The position numbers and the translations under genes were made by a program. The notes beneath the pieces were generated by a model. It made no database searches. It saw only the letters and a list, made by a program, of their open reading frames with translations, and was not told where the DNA came from. Of a stretch of DNA of 24,000 nt, positions 1 through 8,881 are shown one piece after another; the stretch's first letter is position 1; each line of letters begins with the position of its first letter. The DNA comes from Gloeobacter morelensis MG652769. Its GTDB lineage: Bacteria; Cyanobacteriota; Cyanobacteriia; Gloeobacterales; Gloeobacteraceae. The DNA lies in assembly GCF_021018745.1 (NCBI RefSeq), contig NZ_CP063846.1, positions 90,017 to 114,016 of the forward strand, in the 5' to 3' direction.

Positions 1-250
1 GACGGACGGTTGAACCAAGTGACTCGCCCGAATTCGTGAATAGAACGGACTTTTCAGAAATTGCCCCCGCAGTTGCCGGTGCGCAGCTGGCCAGTGCCCG
101 CAATAGCTGCAGACACCGCGAACCGTAGGGAGTGGGTGTGCGGCACGCCATCACGTCACGAAGCGGGTATCGCTTCAAGATGGCGGCACCTTGAATTCCG
201 GGCGCAGCCCTATTGAGAAGAGGATCCTTTTTGTCTACAATCAAATTCAT
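1..250 (-). CDS. hypothetical protein, N-terminal part only (gene runs off the left edge)
   Basis: ATG at 250-248 on the minus strand, with GAAGGAGG (complement of 259-266) 8 nt upstream. The frame stays open for all 83 codons to the window edge (MNLIVDKKDPLLNRAAPGIQGAAILKRYPL...). It is absent from the ORF track because it has no in-window stop. No family recognised. Confidence 0.5.
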   Translation of the reverse strand, partial: MNLIVDKKDPLLNRAAPGIQGAAILKRYPLRDVMACRTPTPYGSRCLQLLRALASCAPATAGAISEKSVLFTNSGESLGSTVR

Positions 251-519
251 CCAGCGTGCCTCCTTCACACGTTGGTCCTGGGGTGCGCCCTGCGGAAGTT
301 CCTACGGCACGCCTCAGCTCTAGCTCTGCTTTCACTTTCCACGGTGGGGAGCAGAGTTTGAGATTTCGGCGCTCGCCTGAACGTCTTCGGTTTGGGCGGG
401 CCGTGGTTTTAGGTTACACCTATTTATTCCGCTCGTAAAGGGAAAATTGTGACGATTTTGGGCCACTTTTGCCGGTATGCCGCCCGTAGTAGACTGATTT
501 CTGTTGTCTGCTGGAGCCG

Positions 520-978
520 ATGAACCGGGCAAGCGAGCCGCCTGAAAAACTGGAAGGGGTGTGGACGCCTCGACAGTTGGCTGAACTTCTTGGGGTGTCG
601 CGCCAGACAGTGATCGACGCCATCAACGGCAAAGGAGCATACCCTAGGCCGTTGCGCGCCCAGAAAGCCGGTCAACTGTGGCTCGTCGCTGATCGCGATG
701 CACAGGTTTACCTTCACTGGGCGCGAACAGGGGAACTTTTGCCGCAACCCGATGCCCCACCAAAGCTTTACTGGACCACCGGCGAACTGGCTGCCGCCGC
801 TGGTGTCTCCACGAAAACCGTGAGCCATGCCGTCACCGGTTGGCGCAGCGGCAAATACGGCTACCCTCCCACACTGCCGGCGGTAAAGTTTGGCAAAATT
901 TGGTTGGTAAAGGATCCGCATGCTCGCGAATTCATCCAAGACAGGGCACGGGGAGGCGGACAAAAAGGTGATGGATAA
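520..978 (+). CDS. DNA-binding protein with two tandem excisionase/MerR-type HTH modules
   Basis: 152-aa ORF with an internal duplication. Module 1: WTPRQLAELLGVSRQTVIDAINGKGAYPRPLRAQKAGQLWLV. Module 2: YWTTGELAAAAGVSTKTVSHAVTGWRSGKYGYPPTLPAVKFGKIWLV. Each has the HTH_17/Xis-like pattern (HTH followed by a W-L-V strand). The antisense ORF 424-1023 has no motifs. Confidence 0.75.
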   Translation: MNRASEPPEKLEGVWTPRQLAELLGVSRQTVIDAINGKGAYPRPLRAQKAGQLWLVADRDAQVYLHWARTGELLPQPDAPPKLYWTTGELAAAAGVSTKTVSHAVTGWRSGKYGYPPTLPAVKFGKIWLVKDPHAREFIQDRARGGGQKGDG

Positions 979-1142
979 ACGTCGGTTCTGTACTGCAAAG
1001 GCATATTCGGACATCAAGACCATCTGCGTCCCCCTACGGATGCGGTGTAGTCGATCACTAAAAGACTAAAAATAAATTACTTGAGAGACAATTGTTCGTC
1101 TACTAGCTTTGACAACAGGTTCGAGCCAGCCTCCGGGGGAAT

Positions 1143-1784
1143 TCAGTCGAAATGTATTAGTCCTCTTTTTGCGGCTTCCGTAATAGCGCTGGCACGATCT
1201 CCAACTCCGAGTTTGCGAAAAATATTATCAGTGTGAAATCTTACTACTGACACAGACCGGTGAATGCGATCGGCGATGGCCGAGTCGGTTATGTTCGGTT
1301 CGGCAAGGAATACAAGTATTTCACGCTCCCTAGGAGTGAGGAGAGCGGCGCGATCCACCGACCGCTCGGCTATTGCGGGGGAGACGTAGGAAGCCCCTTG
1401 GTGCACCTGCTTGAGGGCGAAATATAACTCCGGTGCGCTAGCTCCCTTCAGCATGTATCCTTTTGCGCCAGCTTTCAGAGCGTGGTATATATCCTCGTCA
1501 GTTTTATACATGGTCAAAATGAGAATTTTTGCTTCTGACCATCTCCTGACGATGGTGCGTGTCGCTTCGGTCCCTCCCATCCCAGGCGGCATCCGTAGAT
1601 CCATCAAGACCACGCACGGTCTGCACTGCAAAACCTTGACAACAGCGTCAGCACCGTTATTAGCTTCGCCCGACACCCAAAAATAGCCGGATTCTTCGAC
1701 CAGAGCGCAGATTCCTTTGCGGATCAATTCTTGGTCTTCAGCAATAAAAACCGATATCTTTTCACCATGCGTGTTCATGGTCAC
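1143..1784 (-). CDS. response regulator, NarL/FixJ family (REC domain plus LuxR/GerE HTH)
   Basis: Receiver motifs are present (FIAEDQ..., phospho-acceptor context VVLMDLRMP, KILILT, KAGAKGYMLK). C-terminal LuxR-type HTH: LTPREREILVFLAE...IADRIHRSVSVVRFHTDNIFRKLGV. Start is GTG at 1784 (GTGA overlap with the kinase stop) or ATG at 1778. Confidence 0.9.
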   Translation of the reverse strand: MTMNTHGEKISVFIAEDQELIRKGICALVEESGYFWVSGEANNGADAVVKVLQCRPCVVLMDLRMPPGMGGTEATRTIVRRWSEAKILILTMYKTDEDIYHALKAGAKGYMLKGASAPELYFALKQVHQGASYVSPAIAERSVDRAALLTPREREILVFLAEPNITDSAIADRIHRSVSVVRFHTDNIFRKLGVGDRASAITEAAKRGLIHFD

Positions 1785-4012
1785 GCCACCTTTTCCGCAT
1801 AATCGGTGTCGATCAATAGACTTATTATCGTCCCGTTGCCAGGCCAGCTATCGATCGAAAGGTGGGCGCGAATTTCATCGGCGCGCTCCTTCATAATGAT
1901 CAGACCTTTGCCACCTGCAGATTGCTCATCTGAGCAGGGGTGTTCAGGATCGAAACCGCAACCGTTGTCCCTCACTTCGACAATTAGAGCGTCACGTTCG
2001 AACACCAAGCGTAAGTCTATCTCCGTAGCCCGGCCGCGCTCGATCGCATTAGTGATGGACTCTTGAACAATATAATAAATATTGATACCAACCTCAGGCC
2101 GGATTCGGAGGGCACCTCCTTCCCGCCCAAACCTGACCCTTGCATGGGAGTGGGAATCCCAGCGGCTGACAAGGCGGGCAAGGGTCGAATCGATATCTGA
2201 ATACTCGCCTTCGTCCGGCTTGAGGGAGCTCGCCGTTTTGCGCGTTTCGCGCAATCCAATATGCAGGTACACCTCCGCTTCTTCAAGCGCTGCCGAAACC
2301 ATGTCGGGATCCACGTCACGGCGATTGACGATTTGCTGGGCATGCTTAACTAGTTCGACGGCGCCGTAGAAATACTGTCCGATTTGGTCGTGATAGGCCC
2401 TTGCTAGCATGTTCCGCTCGTGCAGTGTAGCTGATAAGTGTCTGTTTTTTTCGATTTCCTTTTCGTTGGTAATATCACGAGTGATGCCGTAAATCATTTT
2501 GATTTGGCCGTGTTCGTAAACAGGAATGCTTGAGTTGAGTATCCACCGAATCTGGCCGTCAGGCCATTTAATACGAAACTCAGCATCGTGGCGATGGCTT
2601 AAACGCTCTGGAAATTGCTGCAAACACCTCTTGTAGTCTTCCGGCACAATGGCGTCAACGTGAGCATAAGGATTGCTGTAAAGTGCTTCTATTGGGCGGC
2701 GCCAGATCTTCTCGTACACTGGATTAGTGTAAAGGATGGTCATGCTGTGCGGGTCAAGTATATAAATCGCTTCGTCAAGATTTTCCAGGAACAATTCGAA
2801 TTGCTGCTTAGCTTTTAAATTTTCCGATTCGACGAATTTGCGTTCTCTCTCGGACTCTCCCAAATTCCAGTTCGGAACCGACAAAAGTATCAAGAACATA
2901 ACCACTGCACCAACAGCCGTTTCGGTCGTTCTCTTGCGAAGTCCCTCGACATGAAAAGACTCTTCGAACGAAGCAATTTCCAGCATGCCAATGGGCTTGA
3001 TATCAGGTGAAATGTAGTAGGGATCTTTGCGAATTTGCAGCCTGTGATCCCATAGTGGATGGACTGAGGCTCGGTACTTTCGCCCCCCCGTCACGATCTT
3101 TCCCCAAAATTCTTTGCCTTGTAAAAGCACCACTTTCCTTACTTCGCTTGGCGCTTTTGAACCGTACAACCTGGCGCTGGATTTTTCCTTCAGCATGTTT
3201 GTACTAATTCTTTCGTCAAGAGCATAAATCGATGCTGTATCTTCACCGTGGGATTTAATAAATTCGTCCACAACGGTTGGATCACCGTTTAATAATAAAC
3301 CCGCTACAGCGTACAAGCCGTTCATTTTTCTTGTGGCTACAATGGCCAGGCATTTGTGTTCCGCTTGTTTTCGCAGCCCTAGTTTTTCAAGGATAGGTAC
3401 TGAAATTAGTTCCGTTCCACTGAATCCTTCTCTATTATGATTGCGAGTCGTTTGAACAATATCAAATTCGTTTAAATAACTGCCGATGGCAACTTTTTCC
3501 TTTGTATGCTGATAAGCATTGCTTCTTAAGGACATTTCTGCGGGTACCCACCGCTCCTCTGTAATCGTATCCGGATCGATTCGAACGGGAACAGAAAAAG
3601 CGTCTTTTGTCTTTAAAAGTCGTCGGCTGGTTCCGGCAATTATTTTGCCCTTTTCATCAAGGAGCAGCGCAAAATTGTAGTTATGCTTTGTTAGTCTTTT
3701 CGACAATAATGTTTCGACTTCGGGCTCCCTAACCTTTTTTGGTGAACTCAAAATCATTAACATCAAATCTGCCTCTGCTTCGAGCATCTGTCTTTTTGAA
3801 CGCAGCATGTCTTCGAGTGATATTCGGTCTCCCTGATACCAGTATCCGGTCAAGCTCCAATAGAAGTTTGACAGCCAATTGTGTGTTGCGAAGGCTGTCA
3901 AAATTGCCACCAGAACCATAATGATAACGGCGCTAATCGACCAGCGCGCGCTGAACGACATCGTTTTAAAACTTTTCAACCATCTGTCAGAGTCGAATCG
4001 AAAGTTGTTCAT
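1781..4012 (-). CDS. sensor histidine kinase: 2 TM segments, large periplasmic domain, PAS, HisKA_3, HATPase_c
   Basis: 743 aa. TM1 is SISAVIIMVLVAILTAFATHNW and TM2 is AVGAVVMFLILLSV, flanking about 330 aa. PAS-like block: LDEAIYILDP...WPDGQIRWILNSSIPV...GITRDITNEKE. H-box is ARAYHDQIGQYF (NarX/DegS type). ATPase boxes: QESITNAIERG, VRDNGCGFD, GGKGLIIMKERA. The ATG at 4012 overlaps the permease stop (ATGA). Confidence 0.9.
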   Translation of the reverse strand: MNNFRFDSDRWLKSFKTMSFSARWSISAVIIMVLVAILTAFATHNWLSNFYWSLTGYWYQGDRISLEDMLRSKRQMLEAEADLMLMILSSPKKVREPEVETLLSKRLTKHNYNFALLLDEKGKIIAGTSRRLLKTKDAFSVPVRIDPDTITEERWVPAEMSLRSNAYQHTKEKVAIGSYLNEFDIVQTTRNHNREGFSGTELISVPILEKLGLRKQAEHKCLAIVATRKMNGLYAVAGLLLNGDPTVVDEFIKSHGEDTASIYALDERISTNMLKEKSSARLYGSKAPSEVRKVVLLQGKEFWGKIVTGGRKYRASVHPLWDHRLQIRKDPYYISPDIKPIGMLEIASFEESFHVEGLRKRTTETAVGAVVMFLILLSVPNWNLGESERERKFVESENLKAKQQFELFLENLDEAIYILDPHSMTILYTNPVYEKIWRRPIEALYSNPYAHVDAIVPEDYKRCLQQFPERLSHRHDAEFRIKWPDGQIRWILNSSIPVYEHGQIKMIYGITRDITNEKEIEKNRHLSATLHERNMLARAYHDQIGQYFYGAVELVKHAQQIVNRRDVDPDMVSAALEEAEVYLHIGLRETRKTASSLKPDEGEYSDIDSTLARLVSRWDSHSHARVRFGREGGALRIRPEVGINIYYIVQESITNAIERGRATEIDLRLVFERDALIVEVRDNGCGFDPEHPCSDEQSAGGKGLIIMKERADEIRAHLSIDSWPGNGTIISLLIDTDYAEKVA

Positions 4013-6417
4013 TTTAATTCACCTCGAATCGCTTGCATAGGTTCGGTTCTCGAAGCTTCGATAGCAGGCGCCATGCACGCGATCACAGCGACGGTCAAAA
4101 TCAGGGTAACCACCACTACGAGAACAACAGGATCGATCGCACTGAGGTTGTACATCGCACTTGAGGCCAACCGCGAGAGGATTAAAGTTGCGGCCGTGCC
4201 GATTCCCACTCCAATTAAAACGGGCCACATCCCCTGCCAGAGCATCATCAGAAGGATGTTCTGTCTTGTCGCTCCAAGAGCCATCCGCACTCCGATCTCC
4301 TGCTTGCGCAGCGAACTGGTGTAAGCGAGCATCCCGTAAATTCCCACGGCCGCCAGCGCAACAGACAGACCCGCGAATACCACCAGTACAATCCAGAGAA
4401 TTCTTCGTTGACCTAGCGATTTTTGGGCCACTTCCTCCTGTGTGGCCGAACTGCCTGTCAGTTGCGGTTCCATACCTAGCACGAGCCGCTCGATCGGCAA
4501 TTTGAGGCTCTCGGGCTGAGGGACCGTTTTAAAAACGAAGACAATATCCGGCCAGAGATCCTGTGCGTAAGGCCGATAGATTTGCATACCTCTTTCTTCT
4601 GTAAGGCTATTTTGCTTGATAGAGCCGACCGTCCCGACCACCGTCAACCACCCTTCGGCTACATCAAGCTGCACCCGCTGCCCGACTGGATCTTTATCTG
4701 GGAAACACTTGCGCGCTAGCGTATCGCTCATCAAGACTACCTGCCGTGATTTGGGGTCGTCCCTGCGCTCAAAAATCCTGCCAGCGTATAAAGGGATGCC
4801 CAGGGTGGCAAAGAAATCTGGACTGACCGAGGCGTAGTCTACCTCGAACGCTTTGTGGGCCGGCCGGCCCTCTATTGCAAGAATTTGTGCTCTGCTTTGG
4901 TACCCGCTGAGGGGAAGTGCTGTGGTCAAAGCGGAGTTCTGGACACCCGGCATGACCGAAGCTTCTTGGAGTACTCGGTCTGTGAACGCCAGGCGGGTAG
5001 AAGGTTGTGAATATCGTGCCAAATTTAGGGAGGTCTGGTACGTCAGCACGTTGCGATCTGAGTAGCCAACCGGGGCTGACTGGAGCCGGTAAACACCAGC
5101 AGTAAGTAACCCCGCCCCCGCAACGAGCACCAGAGCGATCGCTACCTCTGCAGCTATCAACACTCGAATCGTCCCCCCGGACCTGCGATCGACCATTTGC
5201 GGGTCATCTTTAAGAGCATGCAGTATTCCCTGCTCGGTTGCGGCCGCCGACGGAAGCAACCCGCAAAGCAAACCGCTGACGGCCGAGACGGCCAGGCAGA
5301 ATGCCAAAACCGGGGCGTCGATGGCTAGTTCTGCGAGCCGGTATGTACCTGAAGGCAATGCCGTTTTTAGCAACCCCAGGCCGGTCACCGCAACGAGTAT
5401 TCCTGCCAAACCACCGCAAATGCCGAGCAAAATATTTTCAACCATCAATTGCTGGAGCAGCCGTGCCTTGCTGGCGCCAAGAGCCATCCGCACCGCCAAT
5501 TCTTTTTTCCTGGCCGTTACAAGTGCCAATTGCAAACTGCCAACGTTCAGGCACGCAACAACTAATACGCAGACTACAGCTGCAAAAAGCATCCAGAGCG
5601 TGGGATCCAAATTGAGGAGCAACTCCTTCTTAAGCGATTTGACCTGGATACCATGCCCTGCGTTTGATCTTGGGTACTGCTTTGCCAATCGAGCAGCCAA
5701 GACCTCCATGTCCGCTTGCGCCCCGGCAATGTTGGTGGAATGGCTCAGCCGAGCGAACACCTGCAGTTCCAGGTGGTTGTTCCTGTCGTGCGGGTTCTCT
5801 ACCCCTGGCGCTGATCTAAGCGAATTGAGTAGTACGCCCAAAGGCAGCCAAAACTCTCCACTATTCAAAAATTCGAACCCAGACGGCATCACGCCAATCA
5901 CCGTGTACGATCCCGAGCCCAAGTAGATAGTTTTGCCCAAAATGTTGCCAGAGCCGCCAAACTTCTCAATCCAGCTGCGATGGCTTATCACCGCCAAACT
6001 AGCACCGACTTTGTCTTCCCTTGCGCTGAAAACCCTTCCAAGTATGGGTTTTTCACCCAGCATCGCAAACAAGCTGCTCTCGACATAGGCACCGTTTGTC
6101 CTCACGGCGTTCGGCCCGATTTTGAGGGAAGTTGCCAGCGCCCAGTAACCAGCCATTGAGGCAAAACTGTTGTTTTGTCCCTTCCAATCCAAGTAATTCG
6201 GGTAGGCGGAAGACAAGATCTTGCGCCCGCGCGTTTCGTAGATGGCTACCAGTTTGTCCGGTTCGGCATAAGGAAGAGGCTTGAGTACCAGGTGAAGGAC
6301 CGCGCAATACAAAGCGGTGGTTGCCCCTATGCCGAGGGCCAAAGTCAGCACCGCCACCAGCGTGGTAAGCGGTTTGCTTGTGAGCCTGCGAAAGGCGTAC
6401 CGCACATCGTCAAACAT
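4009..6417 (-). CDS. ABC transporter permease, duplicated MacB/FtsX type (ADOP-like, two FtsX modules and two periplasmic domains)
   Basis: About 800 aa. N-terminus MFDDVRYAFRRLTSKPLTTLVAVLTLALGIGATTAL is typical of MacB-type TM1. There are two 4-TM FtsX-like blocks (around residues 270-400 and 680-800), each preceded by a large soluble domain. ATG at 6417 lies 2 nt after the ATPase stop. An alternative TTG at 6423 overlaps that stop. Confidence 0.9.
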   Translation of the reverse strand: MFDDVRYAFRRLTSKPLTTLVAVLTLALGIGATTALYCAVLHLVLKPLPYAEPDKLVAIYETRGRKILSSAYPNYLDWKGQNNSFASMAGYWALATSLKIGPNAVRTNGAYVESSLFAMLGEKPILGRVFSAREDKVGASLAVISHRSWIEKFGGSGNILGKTIYLGSGSYTVIGVMPSGFEFLNSGEFWLPLGVLLNSLRSAPGVENPHDRNNHLELQVFARLSHSTNIAGAQADMEVLAARLAKQYPRSNAGHGIQVKSLKKELLLNLDPTLWMLFAAVVCVLVVACLNVGSLQLALVTARKKELAVRMALGASKARLLQQLMVENILLGICGGLAGILVAVTGLGLLKTALPSGTYRLAELAIDAPVLAFCLAVSAVSGLLCGLLPSAAATEQGILHALKDDPQMVDRRSGGTIRVLIAAEVAIALVLVAGAGLLTAGVYRLQSAPVGYSDRNVLTYQTSLNLARYSQPSTRLAFTDRVLQEASVMPGVQNSALTTALPLSGYQSRAQILAIEGRPAHKAFEVDYASVSPDFFATLGIPLYAGRIFERRDDPKSRQVVLMSDTLARKCFPDKDPVGQRVQLDVAEGWLTVVGTVGSIKQNSLTEERGMQIYRPYAQDLWPDIVFVFKTVPQPESLKLPIERLVLGMEPQLTGSSATQEEVAQKSLGQRRILWIVLVVFAGLSVALAAVGIYGMLAYTSSLRKQEIGVRMALGATRQNILLMMLWQGMWPVLIGVGIGTAATLILSRLASSAMYNLSAIDPVVLVVVVTLILTVAVIACMAPAIEASRTEPMQAIRGELK

Positions 6418-6419
6418 CG

Positions 6420-7154
6420 TCAATCCTTGTTGTTGCGCTCGCTCGCGGCCCCGGTCCTTGAAACCTGAGCAGGCCCTTGCCGGATGCGGCCATCGAGCAA
6501 ATGGACGGTGCGCTCTGCCCGACCAGCGAAGCGCGGATCGTGGGTGACCATGCAGATCGTTGCTCCCCCCCGGTGCAACCCACTGAGTAAATCCATCACC
6601 GCCTGGCCGTTGGCCGAATCGAGATTGCCCGTCGGTTCATCGGCAAGCAAAATGCCGGGCGCATTGACGAGGGCGCGGGCAACGGCGACGCGCTGCTGCT
6701 GACCACCGGACAGTTGGGCCGGGTAATGGCCCAACCGGTGAGACATCCCGACGCGATCGAGCACCTCGGCGACACGCTTTTTGCGCTCCCTTTGGCTTTG
6801 ATCCCGGTAGAGTAGCGGCAACTCGACGTTCTCGGCCACGGTCAGATCCCCAATCAGGTTGAATCCCTGGAAAATGAAGCCAATCTCTCTGTTTCGCACC
6901 GTAGCCCTTTCTAACGCCGACAAATGCCCCACGGATTTGCCGCGCAGGATGTATTGCCCAGCGCTCGGCGAATCGATCAGGCCCAAAATCGCCAGCAGCG
7001 TCGACTTGCCGCATCCTGACGGCCCGGCAATGGCTAGGAACTCGCCCGCGTCGACTTCCAAATCCACCCGGTACAACGCCCTTGTCTCTACCTCTTTTGT
7101 AATAAAAGTTCTCTCGATACCCTTGAGGACGACGAGTTTTTCTAGGGTTCCCAT
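6420..7154 (-). CDS. ABC transporter ATP-binding protein (MacB/LolD/DevA-like)
   Basis: Walker A GPSGCGKST, Q-loop FIFQ, signature LSGGQQQR, Walker B ILLADEPTGNLD, H-loop MVTHD. I chose the start at MGTLEKLVVLKG (ATG 7154-7152). The 334-aa track ORF extends upstream into the radical SAM gene with an Arg-rich, non-protein-like sequence. Confidence 0.9.
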   Translation of the reverse strand: MGTLEKLVVLKGIERTFITKEVETRALYRVDLEVDAGEFLAIAGPSGCGKSTLLAILGLIDSPSAGQYILRGKSVGHLSALERATVRNREIGFIFQGFNLIGDLTVAENVELPLLYRDQSQRERKKRVAEVLDRVGMSHRLGHYPAQLSGGQQQRVAVARALVNAPGILLADEPTGNLDSANGQAVMDLLSGLHRGGATICMVTHDPRFAGRAERTVHLLDGRIRQGPAQVSRTGAASERNNKD

Positions 7155-7207
7155 CTTGGCTATCCCTAACGACACGGTCTGCCTTTTGCCAGACTCCGTG
7201 CGGATTG

Positions 7208-8374
7208 TCAGGCAAAAGGATCGTGAAAAGCGTAGTGCAAATCGAGCCTTTGCCGGACAAAGCTTAAAAAATATTTGAGATCCTCGCAATAAACGGACAC
7301 ATTGTCGAAGCTTTTGTCTTCGCTGTATCTGTGGGACAAAAGCCCACCGCCGCAGACGCTCGCCCATTCGCACCGCCGGCAAGCGGCACATAGGCTGCCG
7401 GCGCGATCGAGCGACAACCGCCACAGGCGGTTGTCGAGCAAAGCGGCTACCGGATCGCGTTCGACGTGCAAGCCAGTTTTGGTGATCCCCTCGGCACAGG
7501 CTTTGAAGTACTCCGGGATTTCAAGGGAGCCATCAGTCTCGATCACCGCCACTCCCAACGGATTCAGTCCCCAAAAAGTGTGGGCGATCGATTTACCGAG
7601 CATGACCGCCATGGCGTCTTCGAAAAATCCCACGACGCGCGCAGGGTTGTCTTCTTCCAACCAGCAGCAAAACAGCCGAACAAGCCATTCGCCGTACCCC
7701 GTGCCGTGTGTTCGATCCGGGGGATACCGGTGGTTGTGATCCGGCAAAAGGATGTCCCATTGCTCGATGCCCAAGCCGCGCATATAAGCGTACAATTCTT
7801 CTGGTGGGCAGGCTGGGTTGACAACTGCAAGCACACCGCTGAAAATCCTTCGACCAGCTGAGCTAGAAAGTAACAACCGGATCGCCTTTTCTACCCGGTC
7901 GTGCGTGCCAAAACCGTTGCTGTCTACCCTGCGTGCGTCGTGATAAGCCGCAGGACCGTCCAAGCTGACACCAACGGCTATCCGCAGCTTTGCCAACAGG
8001 TCTATCCACCTGGAGTCCAACAGAATACCGTTGGTCTGTACTCCCAAAAGGTAGTTCTGCGGACCCAGGACTTCGTCAAAAACAGCGACAAGCTTTTCGA
8101 TGCGCTCTTTACCAAACAAAAGAGGCTCGCCCCCATGCAAAACGATGCGCACCGGCCCGCCTGCGTCTTCTTTTTGATGCTCTCGGATGCGCTGCGCGCA
8201 AAGCCTCACGGTTTGTTCGTCCATTACAAAAGGCTGACTGATATAAGATCTGTCAGCTAACTCATAAATATAACAGTAAGTGCACCGAAAATTGCATCTG
8301 CTTACAACTTTGATCACATAGTCGCTAACATGGTGCTCAACGCCTTTAGTGCTTTGTTCCATGACAATAATCAC
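7208..8374 (-). CDS. radical SAM/SPASM peptide-modifying enzyme, FxsB / three-residue-cyclophane (triceptide) maturase-like
   Basis: CxxxCxxC cluster in the context VSRCNFRCTYCYIYELADRSY. Also HGGEPLL, VQTNGILL and VSLDGPAAYHDARR. C-terminal SPASM cysteines: CAACRRCEWASVCGGG...SVYCEDL. The N- and C-terminal contexts match my recollection of the FxsB subgroup. Start is GTG at 8374 or ATG at 8362. Confidence 0.85.
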   Translation of the reverse strand: MIIVMEQSTKGVEHHVSDYVIKVVSRCNFRCTYCYIYELADRSYISQPFVMDEQTVRLCAQRIREHQKEDAGGPVRIVLHGGEPLLFGKERIEKLVAVFDEVLGPQNYLLGVQTNGILLDSRWIDLLAKLRIAVGVSLDGPAAYHDARRVDSNGFGTHDRVEKAIRLLLSSSAGRRIFSGVLAVVNPACPPEELYAYMRGLGIEQWDILLPDHNHRYPPDRTHGTGYGEWLVRLFCCWLEEDNPARVVGFFEDAMAVMLGKSIAHTFWGLNPLGVAVIETDGSLEIPEYFKACAEGITKTGLHVERDPVAALLDNRLWRLSLDRAGSLCAACRRCEWASVCGGGLLSHRYSEDKSFDNVSVYCEDLKYFLSFVRQRLDLHYAFHDPFA

Positions 8375-8380
8375 CGAATT

Positions 8381-8638
8381 TTAACTTGTTGCTTGGTTGG
8401 ATGATACAGGGGGGATTCTGCCCCTCGGAAAACCGATCATCCAGGTTTTTTCATCCTTTTTGATGATCTTGTCGATCACTTTGCTGGATTTCGCCGCTGC
8501 GTCATTTACCGTTTTGACCGCTTCGCAATAGATGGAGGCGGTTGCAATCAAACACGCAAGACTGATCAGCCCATACCCTCCAACCGTGCCACGCGAAGTA
8601 GAGATATTCTTGGTGTCATCCTTAATTTTCATGGCCAT
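8381..8638 (-). CDS. small protein (85 aa), candidate substrate/precursor or membrane partner of the radical SAM enzyme
   Basis: ATG at 8638 or 8632, preceded by GGAGAAG. The stop lies 6 nt before the radical SAM GTG. Sequence: MAMKIKDDTKNISTSRGTVGGYGLISLACLIATASIYCEAVKTVNDAAAKSSKVIDKIIKKDEKTWMIGFPRGRIPPVSSNQATS. It has one hydrophobic segment, a Lys-rich helix, and a C-terminal tail with aromatic-X-X motifs (WMI, FPR). The track's 111-aa version starts at a GTG inside the promoter region. Confidence 0.5.
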   Translation of the reverse strand: MAMKIKDDTKNISTSRGTVGGYGLISLACLIATASIYCEAVKTVNDAAAKSSKVIDKIIKKDEKTWMIGFPRGRIPPVSSNQATS

Positions 8639-8881
8639 CTTCTCCAAGGCAAGCACGGCCTGCCCACACGGCAAAATCTTAGTCCTGGAATAGCGATTTG
8701 GGAACCAGTCAAACACGCGATTTTCTGCGCAACCAATGAAAATGCCCGACCGAGAGAAAAAATAAATATATCTTTATATATTATTCAATTTTGAATGCAG
8801 GGCAAAGAGTTTTTGCCTCGGAAATTCGTTGACATGTTGGGGTGTAGTTTTATTCGCGATCTCTATTTCCTACCCGTTTGC
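8639..8881. promoter_or_regulatory. AT-rich divergent intergenic/promoter region between the small-ORF operon and the XRE gene
   Basis: Contains a locally very AT-rich stretch (aaaaataaatatatctttatatattattcaattttgaat, about 8757-8796). A perfect TTGACA at 8829-8834 is followed 16 nt later by TATTCG, facing the XRE gene. No experimentally defined site. Confidence 0.35.

Noticed and set aside
424-1023. 199-aa minus-strand ORF
   Set aside because: It is antisense to the tandem-HTH gene (520-978), which has recognisable domain structure. The ORF has no motifs and an odd composition.
979-1142. Terminator between the convergent HTH gene and the response regulator
   Set aside because: Only an imperfect stem is present (CATCtgCGT...ACGGATG around 1020-1046), with no adjacent T-run on either strand. 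Not supportable.
5135-5142. HIP1 (GCGATCGC) palindromes (5135, 21962, 23881) as a taxonomic marker
   Set aside because: Three copies in 24 kb is only a modest excess over chance and far below the density in HIP1-rich cyanobacteria. I keep it only as a weak hint, not as a feature.
7155-7424. N-terminal extension of the ABC ATPase ORF (the track gives 6420-7424)
   Set aside because: The extension overlaps the 3' end of the radical SAM gene in another frame and is Arg-rich junk. ABC ATPases of this family start close to the MGTLEKLVVLKG-type sequence at 7154.
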